From Folioceros fuciformis (lineage: Eukaryota): 20,000 nucleotides of DNA. The notes under the pieces were generated by a model. It saw only the letters and a program-made list of their open reading frames with translations. It ran no database searches and was not told the origin of the DNA. Positions 1 through 9,857 of this stretch are shown here, one piece after another (position 1 is the first letter of the stretch; each line of letters opens with the position of its first letter). The stretch is from NCBI GenBank assembly GCA_049999805.1, contig JBNGIO010006237.1, positions 98,671 through 118,670 on the forward strand, read 5' to 3'. Position numbers and translations under genes: made by a program.

Positions 1-621
1 GATTCGCGTTCTCAGCGGACTATTGAGCCCCTAGCCAGTTGATTCAATATGCATCCACAACCTGGAAGATGGACTCGCCTGATCCTCTGACGTTGTGGGA
101 CTGAGATCACGATTCACTCTAGAATACCGTGTCCATCATAAGGTGCAAAAAAAAGAATACTGCAACACTACTTAAATCAAAACTGTGAACCACCCCCAAC
201 CATATCATGTGTTCACCGTCTTCGACTATCGCACTACCAAGATGACTCCCGCGCTTTCGAGCCCACTCAGAAGAGCCCCGCGCGCCTTGAGGAAGCTCGC
301 GACCGATTCGGCCCGGCTATGGGTAAATCCTGGATCTCATGTTTGCTGGTCCATCAACGTGACTAGCTTCGCTGTCCGTGATCTGGCCAAGCGGAGGATC
401 TATATTGGCTGATCCGGACGATGTGATTGTTTGTTCCGACCTATGGAAACCACTAAATGGCTGCTACCAACACTTCTGAAGAACGGACTCACACGTTGAT
501 GTCTTAGACATTAACGACGTTGGATCTTCAAGAAGTGAAGAGCATCATCTGCGTCTCATGCAATTCCCTACGCCTATGGCATCCCGTAATTGGATCTTAA
601 AGAAATTTTATGGAATGAGAC

Positions 622-3279
622 TCAATGGCCTTCTTCGGTGTCAGCATCGCCCCATCTCACCTTGTACTTGGCAGCAAAATAGTGAGCTCCGGCGGGGCCT
701 CGGCTGCCGTAAGGATAGAGCTCTGGTGGCACCCGCTTGGACTCTAACTCCTTCAACAAGGGAGAGAATATGGCCCAGGCGGCATCCAGCTCGTCGCTTC
801 TGATGAAAAGCCGCCGCTCCCCTTCGATGGCGTCCAGGAGCAGTCGCTCGTAGGCGTCAGGAATCTCGCCGGAGTAACTGTCAGCGTAGTGAAGGTTCAG
901 GTTGTTCCGGTCTAGTCTCAGGCCCAGTCCCGGGATCTTGTTGTTGACCTTCAAATAGATGGCCTCATCCGGCTGTACTCGGATCACCAGCTCGTTGGTT
1001 GCCTGGTCTAAGTCACTGCCGAAGTTCCTCTTGTATATGTTTCCAGGAACATGCCTAAACTGCACCCGGATTTCGGCCCTAGCAGCATAGCGAGATAGCT
1101 GATGAGTGCTCGTCATGACGGATAAGAGTTTGCTCAACGGACGCTGGCCAAAGGAGTCTTGTCAAGGCCTTACCGCTTGTTCTGCAGAGCTTTTCCCGCT
1201 TTCATCAAGAAAGGGACTCCATCCCACCTTGCATTGTCGATGAACAGAGCTGCAGCAGCAAACGTGGCCGTCATGCTGTCGCTGGGAACAGTGACATCGT
1301 CTAGGTAGGCAGGATATTTCACTCCGCCCCTTGCATGACCCTTGTACTGCCCGATAACTACGTCTTCCAGATGTAATGGCCTCATCGACCTCAGTACCTT
1401 CACCTGCCGACCATTGCAAGACAGATCAGCGAGATCAGTGGAGTGCATTGGTTAATTTAAGGGACACACCAGCGAATCACACACCTTCTCGTTTCTCACG
1501 TGCTCTGCATCCAAGCTCACTGGCGGTTCCATGGCAAACAAGGCGAGTATTTGCAGCAAGTGATTTTGCATGATATCTCGAATTATGCCGTAATTGTCAA
1601 AATAGCTGCAGAGGCATCTAGTCAGCTTTTCATTGTGAGAGATGTTGTGCGTGGGTTTTCAGACCATTACCCTCCACGTCCCTCAGTGCCGAAATCCTCA
1701 GAAAAGATGAATTGGACATTCCGAATGTACTGCCTTGACCACAAAGGTTCAAAAACAAGGTTAGAAAACCGTAAAATTGAGAGGTTCTCAACCAACTCCT
1801 TGCCCAAGTAGTGGTCAATCCTGCAGCATGGAAAAACAGTTCACAACCGCGTCAAGTGGTGAACGTACTAGAACGCTGGAACATAGCAGCCAAGCTCATC
1901 CCTTTGTTTTACAACCAACTCAACAATAGCCAGAAAAGCATCACCCACCTATATATCTGATCTTCTGCTAGATGCTGCTTGAGGCCTCTTGTTAGCTCTG
2001 CTGAAGATTCAGAGTCACGTCCAAAGGGTTTCTCCACGATAACGCGGGTCCAGCCTTTAGAAGATGAGGTGTATTCACTTGCACATCCTGCTACATCAAC
2101 AAAGATATTCGGCGGAATCGACATATAGAATAATCTATTCGCCAACTTGCCGCCCTACACATACAGGACAGCACACTTTGGAATTGTGTAACAGACAGAA
2201 ACACTGGAGTCCCACACCTGCTCGAACAGTTAACCTTGAGAAACGGCTATTTCATATCCTCAAACTAGGAGGAAACAGCTTCAACGGATCAAACAACAGA
2301 AACGAGGTCTACCTCATGCTTTTGTAGTTGGCTATTTAGTTGTCTGAAGCTTTTCTCGGAATCATACTGGCCAGACAAATAAAAGCATCGTGACAAAAAG
2401 TGCTTCGTCTTCTCCTCGCAGCTCGCACTGTAAAAAATTGCCACGAACAGAAAAACTGAACAATCAACTCACGAGGTCCAATGCGACACTATTCTCGCAC
2501 AGCGCTCAATCCAGCGCAAACAGATGTGATCCAGGTAGTCACCTATGGCCAACTCTACACTTGAGCGTGCCACCGATGATGGTTCGAAACTCGGCATCCG
2601 TAAGGTTGCTTCTTGCGTATCCATAAATTGTGAAGTGCTGCATACGATTAGGGAGGAAAACACACTGACATCAGTTTGCACATGCAACTAGTGGAGTACG
2701 CAGGTCACAGACGACTTGCGACCAGAAGTACAATTCACGAACGATCATGCGTTCTTTTCAAGAATTACAGGATCGGGTATGCGCAGACCTTTGACAAGCA
2801 GCCCTCCGAGTAGAGGGCGAAAAGCGCTGGAAAAATTTTCTTCTTGGCCAAGTCTCCAGAGGCGCCAACTACAGTGATGCTTAATGTTGACTCGTTGCGT
2901 CCGTCCACAGACTTAGCATACAGTAAGCTTGGGTTGGCCGACTTCTCCCGAGTGTAGTCCACTGAGGTGCGCAGCAAGCTCGGCGTTCCGTCTGCGAAGT
3001 TTGCATGTAAAGCGAAAGAATTTCGAACAAGAGATCCAGCAACACGAAAAAGGGAGCGTATATCCTTGAACAGGAGGGAGGGTAGAGACCCAGAGTCATG
3101 GCGGAATCACGCACGCTGGCGACAATTTCTGTAGACTGTGCCACGTTGTGGCCAGAGTCGGGAAAGGAGAGACGAAAAGGGACTGTGGAAGAGGTGCTAC
3201 AGCTGCTAAGGGAAGGCATGGACACACAGGGCTTCAGGCCTGCCCACTGGCGCACCATAGTTGCATGTCTCACTGCCAT
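622..3279 (-). CDS. G6PD: Glucose-6-phosphate 1-dehydrogenase, plastid-type, 9 coding exons, ~588 aa
   Basis: Exons (minus): 3279-3090 (start and donor least certain), 2991-2789, 2637-2543, 2427-2313, 2154-1949, 1820-1671, 1605-1485, 1403-1174, 1078-622. All introns GT-AG, total 1767 nt in frame. Motifs: [19 protein letters not shown] (NADP binding), [18 protein letters not shown] (active site), [37 protein letters not shown]. Ser-rich N-terminal extension and a CxxxxxxxC pair (CRVGHSASC) match plastid isoforms. Confidence 0.96.
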
Positions 3280-3501
3280 GATCGCTACACCAGCCACACA
3301 GGTCCGCAACTGCGAACAGAGCCTCCCCGACCACCCAAGTCAGCAACCACGGGACATGAGATGCTGTAGAGAAACGGCCGCATTTATTAGGACTTGGCCA
3401 AAGCTTGTTCCACTTCAAGAAGTGTTGCTATCTCTGTCTGAGCAGGAACTTTACGTAATGTATGCCTAGCTAGATCCAGAAATGGTGACCCGCCAAAATT
3501 G

Positions 3502-6500
3502 TCAATCAGCCTTCAATTTCCCCCTCCGATAACGCCGGAATATTTCCTTCAAAACTGCGACGAGGACGTGCGACAGCACCGGTACGAAGAACGGCTGCAG
3601 GAATAACGACGCCAGTGTGAGGCAACGGAGGAGGAAGCGCAACCGGCATGCAGCGGAAGGCAGACTCACAGTGTAAATTGCCAAATGATGTTCCAAGGGG
3701 AAGTACTGTAAAGACATGAAGGACGGCTGGAAAAATGCGTCCTCTGCTAATGCCCTTGCCCGCCTGACCGCATCTGGTCAGGACAGCAAGCAACATGACG
3801 TTACGGTAAGTATAGGTTTGCTCTACGGGACAGGCAAACGACATGAAACGTGTACAAAATTTACCTCCTGTTGCAAAGTAGGCGCCCCTGGATGCTTGTG
3901 ACCTTGCGGCGTTGGCAGCCTCAAGGGACATAGATACCTGTGGATGTTCAATGCGGATATTCAGCTGACTTCAGGTCATCGTCAGGGTAACCGCTAGCTA
4001 AAGTTTCAACAAGACCAGAAGCAGCACCTGTTCAGCAATCTCGTCCTCAATAACCATGTTTGGAAGAGACTGCACCTACAAGATAAACAAGTGGGGGCAT
4101 AATTAAAGCATGCAAAATACTTGGTTCACCCTCTGGACATGTGCAAATCGCAGGGGTAGAACACTACCAGCTCGGACAGGGAGGTCAGTGTTGCTGCCGC
4201 AGCTAACTCATCCGCGGCAATACGTCTTCGCAGCAGCACGTCGATCTCCCTGAAGAGTGAAACACCAGTTAGATATGCTTGCAAAGCAGCAGCTGGCACA
4301 CTAAGCTATTCTACATGCACGGACTCCATACCAATCAGCAATGCCAGTGGTGACGGCAGGGACATGGTCCAAGCCAGATGTGTTGTTGAATTCTAGGGAT
4401 GGCAATCCGAAGAGAGCACGAAGTTGAGCCACAATGATTCCCATCAAGCCTTGCATATCCTGGATACACACAAGGGGCAAGGTCTGAGTGCCAACTTTCC
4501 GGATAGGATATCCTTAGAGGAGAGTGACAAATCACGGTAAATGCCACCTCGACATCAAGACGCCGGGGGGCAGGCTTGCTGCCTTGTCTCCCTGTTTCAC
4601 ACGTTGGGGGATTCCAGATCGTCACACCCCCCCATCCCTGCCACAGACAGAGCAACGTCAAAGCAAAGGCTGTGACACAGTGGCAAGTGCAAACACATGC
4701 ATCGGAGAGGAAGCCATGGGAATCCAGAAAACGACTTTGATCATTCAAGTAGCTAAGCAAGCCGCAAGAGATGGGTGCTTACAGGTGAGGTGAATCCATT
4801 TATCAACGATTGACCACTTGCATGCTTAATCCGAAGTGGACTTTCGTCCGAGGCAGGTATGTAGCTGCATGAGGCATAAAACCACTGAGCGAGTCCTAGG
4901 CAACCTGCGAGCGTCATGACGAATACGAAACAAGGCACTGTACAAAGCTTATACTGAGCAGTACATCACAAAATGCAGGAGCTTCGACCGACCAACAGAT
5001 GCCGTTGAGGAGTCCAGGGGCCACTCTCTAGAATTCACCTAAACAGTCAATCGTTGTTGTCAGGTGATTTGAACCAAAAATATGATAGCCTGGCAGGTTA
5101 GCCACTCACGAAAAAAGGAAGCTTGTCTGGAGTTAACGCGTAAGAACCCAAATTTGTATCCCAAGCTGCCTGGACTCCCTTGCGGGTATAGTGAAGGACC
5201 TGTAGACATGAAATCTGTGTCACTGAGTACTCAAATGTCGGTAAACTCCAGATATCATGTATGGAACAGCGCAAAAGTTCAGCACCAGGTTCCATGTTCT
5301 CGTCTTTGACTGACTGTTCATGCGGTTACCTGACTTTCAATGCTCATCATTCCCACAGGTGACATTGCCTTCACTATTGGCTTCAGGAATTGCATCTCCA
5401 GAGTCTTGAAATCCCTGGCCACTCCATAGTCCAAGGACTTCAGTAAATTTGTCAGATGCAGGCCTCAGATTGATGGTGTGCCAAACCCAAGCGGCTTATT
5501 TGACTTCCTCACCAGTCATAGATCCAGTCCTTCGGCTCTGCATTTAAAAGACTGAACGACAGTACAACTTTGCCATCTGCTCCAAGTGGCATGCTAACCA
5601 CTTGGCCATGTTCCTCTACAGCCACATGTGCATTTCTTCTGTGGTCGAAATAGACATGAGCAATCTCGCGAATGAGAGGAACGACATCAAAGTCTTTGGC
5701 CACAGATATCCAGGCATGACGATGCTTCCCGACGACCGCTGCTGACCTTGGCAGGTTGTTTCCACCAGTATCACTATCTGCAACCACCCACAGATAGTAT
5801 TCATTGCACATGACGTCAGACCAAGTGAGAACAGATAGCAATGGCTAAAGATTAGGACTGTACCTTCCACATCAGATCTCACTATGATAGAGTACTTCCC
5901 ACCCTGATCTGGCCCTCCAGGATTGCTCGGGTCAAGCACAGAATATTTCCAAAGCAGTTCATCCAATTCGTGGTCAGTAGCTGTTCTGAAAGCACGGTCC
6001 ATGGGCGCACCGGCCAGACCACAAGGCCAGACAACAAAACCCTCATGTTCCCCAGTTCTGCGGCAGCCGAGATGAGAGTCGACACTAACTAGTAGCTTGA
6101 AGCCAGAGCCACACGTGTCGACAGCAGAATGCAGAGAAGCTAATATGTCCTCCCGGACACTAGCGGCCCATGCCTCCAATTGTGCAGCTGCTGCAGAACC
6201 CCCTTTTACAATGAAGATTACGTGCAAATGGCAAGGAAGAAGAAGCGGTTGAGACGAAACATTCTCCGAGTGTTCCTTAATAACGGCGAAAGGAATTGGT
6301 GATCGATGGATCTCTGTAGTCCACCACCACACAGGAATTCCTGCGGTTGCAACAACGAGTCCACCACCTTAACACAGATAGTGTACCAAAAGCATTTGGA
6401 GGGAGTTTGAACTGGCAGCTCACCTGAAATGAAAGCAAGAAGAATCGAAATCGTCACCAGTAGACGCTTATGCCCCTGTCGTCGGCTTGTGCTGTCCGCC

Positions 6501-6502
6501 AT
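3502..6502 (-). CDS. PIG-S: GPI transamidase component PIG-S / Gpi17 homolog, 14 exons, ~589 aa
   Basis: Exons (minus): 6502-6424, 6340-5864, 5777-5513, 5414-5330, 5199-5110, 5038-4965, 4864-4783, 4637-4548, 4459-4332, 4249-4168, 4075-4028, 3937-3865, 3773-3670, 3594-3502. All GT-AG, 1770 nt in frame. N-terminal TM (KRLLVTISILLAFISGIPVWWWTTEIHRSPIP) and blocks recognised from plant PIG-S: AVVGKHRHAWI, MPLGADGKVVLSFSLLNAEPKDWIYDWDF, LPFFVNSREWPLD, SPGWGGVTIWNP, LAEDAFFQPSFMSLQYFPLEHHLAIYTPFFVPV (C-terminal TM). Confidence 0.93.
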
Positions 6503-6605
6503 AGGCTTCAGGCGAAAGGTCGAAGAGCAGTGCAGCAGGTATGTCTTTGTTTTGAGACTTAAAAGGTAACTTTTATTGGAAAATATAGCACACATTACCC
6601 AAGTA

Positions 6606-6679
6606 GACCGCATAGCGCAGTGGATTAGCGCGTTGGACTTCGGATCCAAAGGTCGTGGGTTCGAATCCCATTGTGGTCG
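6606..6679 (+). tRNA. tRNA-Arg, anticodon UCG (nuclear, intronless, no encoded CCA)
   Basis: Cloverleaf: acceptor GACCGCA/TGTGGTC plus discriminator G, D arm GCGC-AGTGGATTA-GCGC, anticodon stem TTGGA/TCCAA with loop CTTCGGA, T arm GTGGG-TTCGAAT-CCCAT (one G.U pair). Upstream AT-rich AAAATATA (6581-6588) and CAA (6600-6602) fit plant tRNA gene flanks. Confidence 0.97.
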
Positions 6680-6723
6680 ACCCGTGATTGTCGACTCAAA
6701 TCGTCCCCCCTGCTGATGGGAGG

Positions 6724-6727
6724 TTTT
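6724..6727 (+). terminator. Candidate Pol III terminator (T4) for the tRNA
   Basis: First run of at least 4 T after the tRNA, 44 nt downstream of the discriminator. Confidence 0.45.
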
Positions 6728-9032
6728 CCCCCTCATGAAGGTCGACACTTCTTAAGTCCCGTGCGTATACTGCTATATCTCTTGCACTGAACATTCCTTT
6801 TACCATTGCATGTTATTCTTGCACTTTTGCATGTTTTTGGTTTTGGTAATCCTATTTGGTTGTATATTAAGTATTTAGTCACCTGTTCCTTTAATTTTTG
6901 GAAATTCCCCGGTGAGTGTGAACCCTGGAACGGTAACGCGGGCACTCAGGCGTACAGCGCTCGTCGATTCTGTAAAAATGTGTCGGGCGGGGCTTCCGAA
7001 CAACAGCCTGTGTGAAATGGGCGCAGAAGGGTGTGAGAGAGAAAAGTCACAATCCCCGCTGGATCATTCTGAAGTGCATGCCACCAACTCTTAAAGGAGG
7101 TGAAAGTCCCAGTCCACAAGAGCGCCTACCGCCACCTAGCGGGATGTCCTTGGACTACGTCTAAGCATCCGATGTCTCCCGTTCTCTCCATGTGTTCTGG
7201 CCGGAAGGTAGTGAAGCAATCGCAAGCGCTTCCAGCCCTCCGTCTGTGCTACAGCCGCAATGAGTGTGAAGTGCCTCTCATGGCCACCTAATTGCAGCTT
7301 ACCATGTGCGGCATATACGGCAGATGGACATTGCTCTCAGCCCACCGTCCTGTGAGCTCCACTGTCGCCAGTGCGCAGCCTAGGTACGGGCTACGGTGAA
7401 GCAAACAGCTACCACGCGCACCTTGCAGAAGCGTGAGACAGCGAAGCCAGCAAGGCGCTACAGCTCGAGTCGCTGCTGTCTGATGGACTCTCTTAGCAGC
7501 AGATTACGACATGAGAGACTGCCGAACGTTCTCCAAACCCCCTGTGACTGTCACCAATGGTTCCGTCTCATTCCGAGACGCTAACTCGAACACGACTGGC
7601 TGGTACGACATTACACTGTCCAAACCCTCTCACTGGCTGCACTGACTCCCCCTTAATGCCAGACTCTAATGAGAAAACCGGTACATACGCACAGATGTAC
7701 TTAGCTGGCATTTCCAACGTAACTATCCATTTCTCCCATGGATCGATTCTTGTGGAGGATTGCTGTGTAGTAACCACTTTCTTGCCACATCATATGTATG
7801 CAGCGGCCTGGTGGTACGTCCCAGGCTAAGAACTTCGATTCTTCGAGAGTGGTTTGTAAGTGTAGAACACGGTCAGCGCCAGTGTGAAGACTGTGGCAGA
7901 GGCAGTTGAAGAACTCACTTTGTGCCACCAGGAGAATTAGTAAGTAGCGGGTTCACACAGGAAGCGAGGCACCAGCGCCGCATCATGATCTCTGCCAGTC
8001 AAAGTCTACATTGTTGACCCTGCGTAATTGCCTCCAATCCTGTTCAGAGGGACAGCCAAACCAACGCTCGACAGAGTGCCGGTAGAATTTACTGCAGCCC
8101 CTGCGAATAGGCGCTCACCTCACCGAGAGTTGTTCCGAATACGACTGTGAAGCAACAACAAAGACGGAACGCTTAGCCTAATCACGTACAACGAACAATG
8201 GACACCTTGTCACTCAAGCAGAACAGGTAGAGCGCACCTGCTGTGCTGGATCCACATGAGCTTCAACTGCACCACCCTTCCTCCTCAAGCCTTAAAGCCT
8301 AGCCGCTGTTACGTAGCATTCCACCGTCCAACTGGAAGTGTTCTCGGAGGATGACCACACTGACTCCTCTGTGGCTGAGGGCTCGCTGGTCTGCGTTTCA
8401 CCCCCGCCTCATGACTTTTACAAGGAGATCACTCAATTGACGCCGACCGGACAGGAATCCAGGCAGCAGCAGGAAGCAGGAGGCAGGAGGCAGAAGGCCG
8501 GTGTTGGCAAGAAGAGCGCTCACAAGGTACGCCATAAAGGCAGCACTCACACTCCTGGCTGCCATAGCCACGCTCGGCAGAGGCTCCGACGAAGGCTGGG
8601 CTTTACCAGCCACGAACGAGGACGTAACCTAACGGAACGTCTTGAATGCTCACGTGGTGCGCTGTAAACGGGGATTGTGAGCTTACGCTCCGTCTCCTTC
8701 CCCCGCTCATTTAATGTTGTCCCGGACTCGTCGATGCACTCGCCGCTAGTGCACTTCTATGGACTCCATCGGCCCGGCCAGGGCCTGGACCTGGGTCGGT
8801 GACGTCTCCCTCGTTGCAATCGTGGCGGCCGCTGCTGCCACCCTGCAAGCTCGCGCCGCCACTGACAGGCACAGCGTACTCTTGTAGCTGCAACCGTTCC
8901 GCTGTCGGCTTCTTCTCCTGTTCATCTCTGTTGAGCTGTTCCTTTCAAGGTGTGCCTCCCCCACGCTGCAGACGTTTCCAAATTTCTCTCGCACATTCCA
9001 TCTCTGCCGATCATGCACGTCAGATGAGGCAG

Positions 9033-9856
9033 TATAGAAAGAGCAGCGTTTTGTCGCTCTTGCTTAAGCCTCTCTGTTGGGTACGGGGGGGAGCCAATTG
9101 TGCAGGACTGCGCATGGAACGGCGCCGGGGAAGTGCTGGAAGTGGGCTGAGAAGAGCTGGCACTTGCGTTCCGCCTCTCTGAAGAAAAAGGTGAGATGTT
9201 GCTCCGGCTTGCCACAGTCAACCCAGTGAGAATGCCCGACTTCATTTCCCTCCCGTTTTCGTCTTACTGCTTGCAAATTTTTCCCTCCTTTCCGCGCTCC
9301 AGCGCTCTCTGTACTTCGTGCGACCTCATTTTTTTCTGTCGATCGATTGTGATGCTTGAGCTCTTCATTACTACTCTCCCTGCATTTTCTCCTCCCTCCC
9401 CCTTGCGGTCATGTGCCAGTCTCCATGGAGCTACGGCTTCTCCTGCTGGCTCTTGGTGCTGCCAGTGCACCATTATTTGTCGCTATTGAATGCTCCTCTC
9501 CCGTACTTGTGGGCATTTCATGCACACTTGTTTCACGTTTCTGACTTTAAATGGTGAATCCCCGCTTCTCCTCGTGCTCTCTTGCGTTTGTGCTACCCCA
9601 GTCCCGAAATTTTGCTGCACAGCGCTTTCCTCCCTGGCTGTCTGGCTATTCAATTTTTTCCTGTCCTACGCTACCAGTCTTCGCTCGCTGCTCGTCGTTC
9701 AAAATTCAGGATGCAAGTCACGTGCTCAAATGAATTGTTGTTGCGGTTCAGATTTGGGATGAGGGTTCAAACTTCAATGAGCTACTGAGGTGTGCGACAC
9801 AACACCCGAAACGGAACTCCTGTGGATCAAGGTTTGGGGGATTCGGATCCTCTCAG
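9033..9856 (+). promoter_or_regulatory. Putative TATA-like box and intron-containing 5'UTR of the P450
   Basis: TATAGAAA at 9033-9040. Strong donor AAG|GTGAGA at 9191 followed by a long pyrimidine-rich tract. Candidate acceptors end at 9709, 9751 or 9856. Confidence 0.4.
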
Positions 9857-9857
9857 G

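Noticed and set aside
91..101. GTCCCACAACG on minus resembles the plant snRNA USE (RTCCCACATCG)
   Set aside because: One mismatch, no TATA at Pol II or Pol III spacing, and no snRNA sequence downstream.
1..450. Possible promoter/5'UTR of a further minus-strand gene leaving the window
   Set aside because: Only CCAAT-like and acceptor-like hints. Every ATG-initiated frame I checked closes quickly, so no feature can be supported.
7069..7090. CTGAAGTG...AACTC resembling miR395 or its target mimic
   Set aside because: The central 8-9 nt do not match and there is no hairpin partner.
7807..7932. Possible pre-miRNA hairpin closed by CCTGGTGGTAC/GTGCCACCAGG
   Set aside because: Only ~11 bp pair. 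There is no continuous ~21-bp duplex.
8338..8667. 109-aa plus-strand ORF
   Set aside because: GTG start, low complexity, no recognisable motif, and the plausible upstream ATG exon splices out of frame.
7047..8680. 12-bp inverted match TCACAATCCCCG (7047-7058 / 8669-8680) as possible transposon TIRs
   Set aside because: No evident TSD and no transposase. A 12-bp inverted match within a few kb is not rare by chance.
9616..9639. TGCACAGCGCTTTCCTCCCTGGCT resembling miR408
   Set aside because: Needs several indels/mismatches, has no star arm nearby, and lies in a pyrimidine-rich probable UTR intron.
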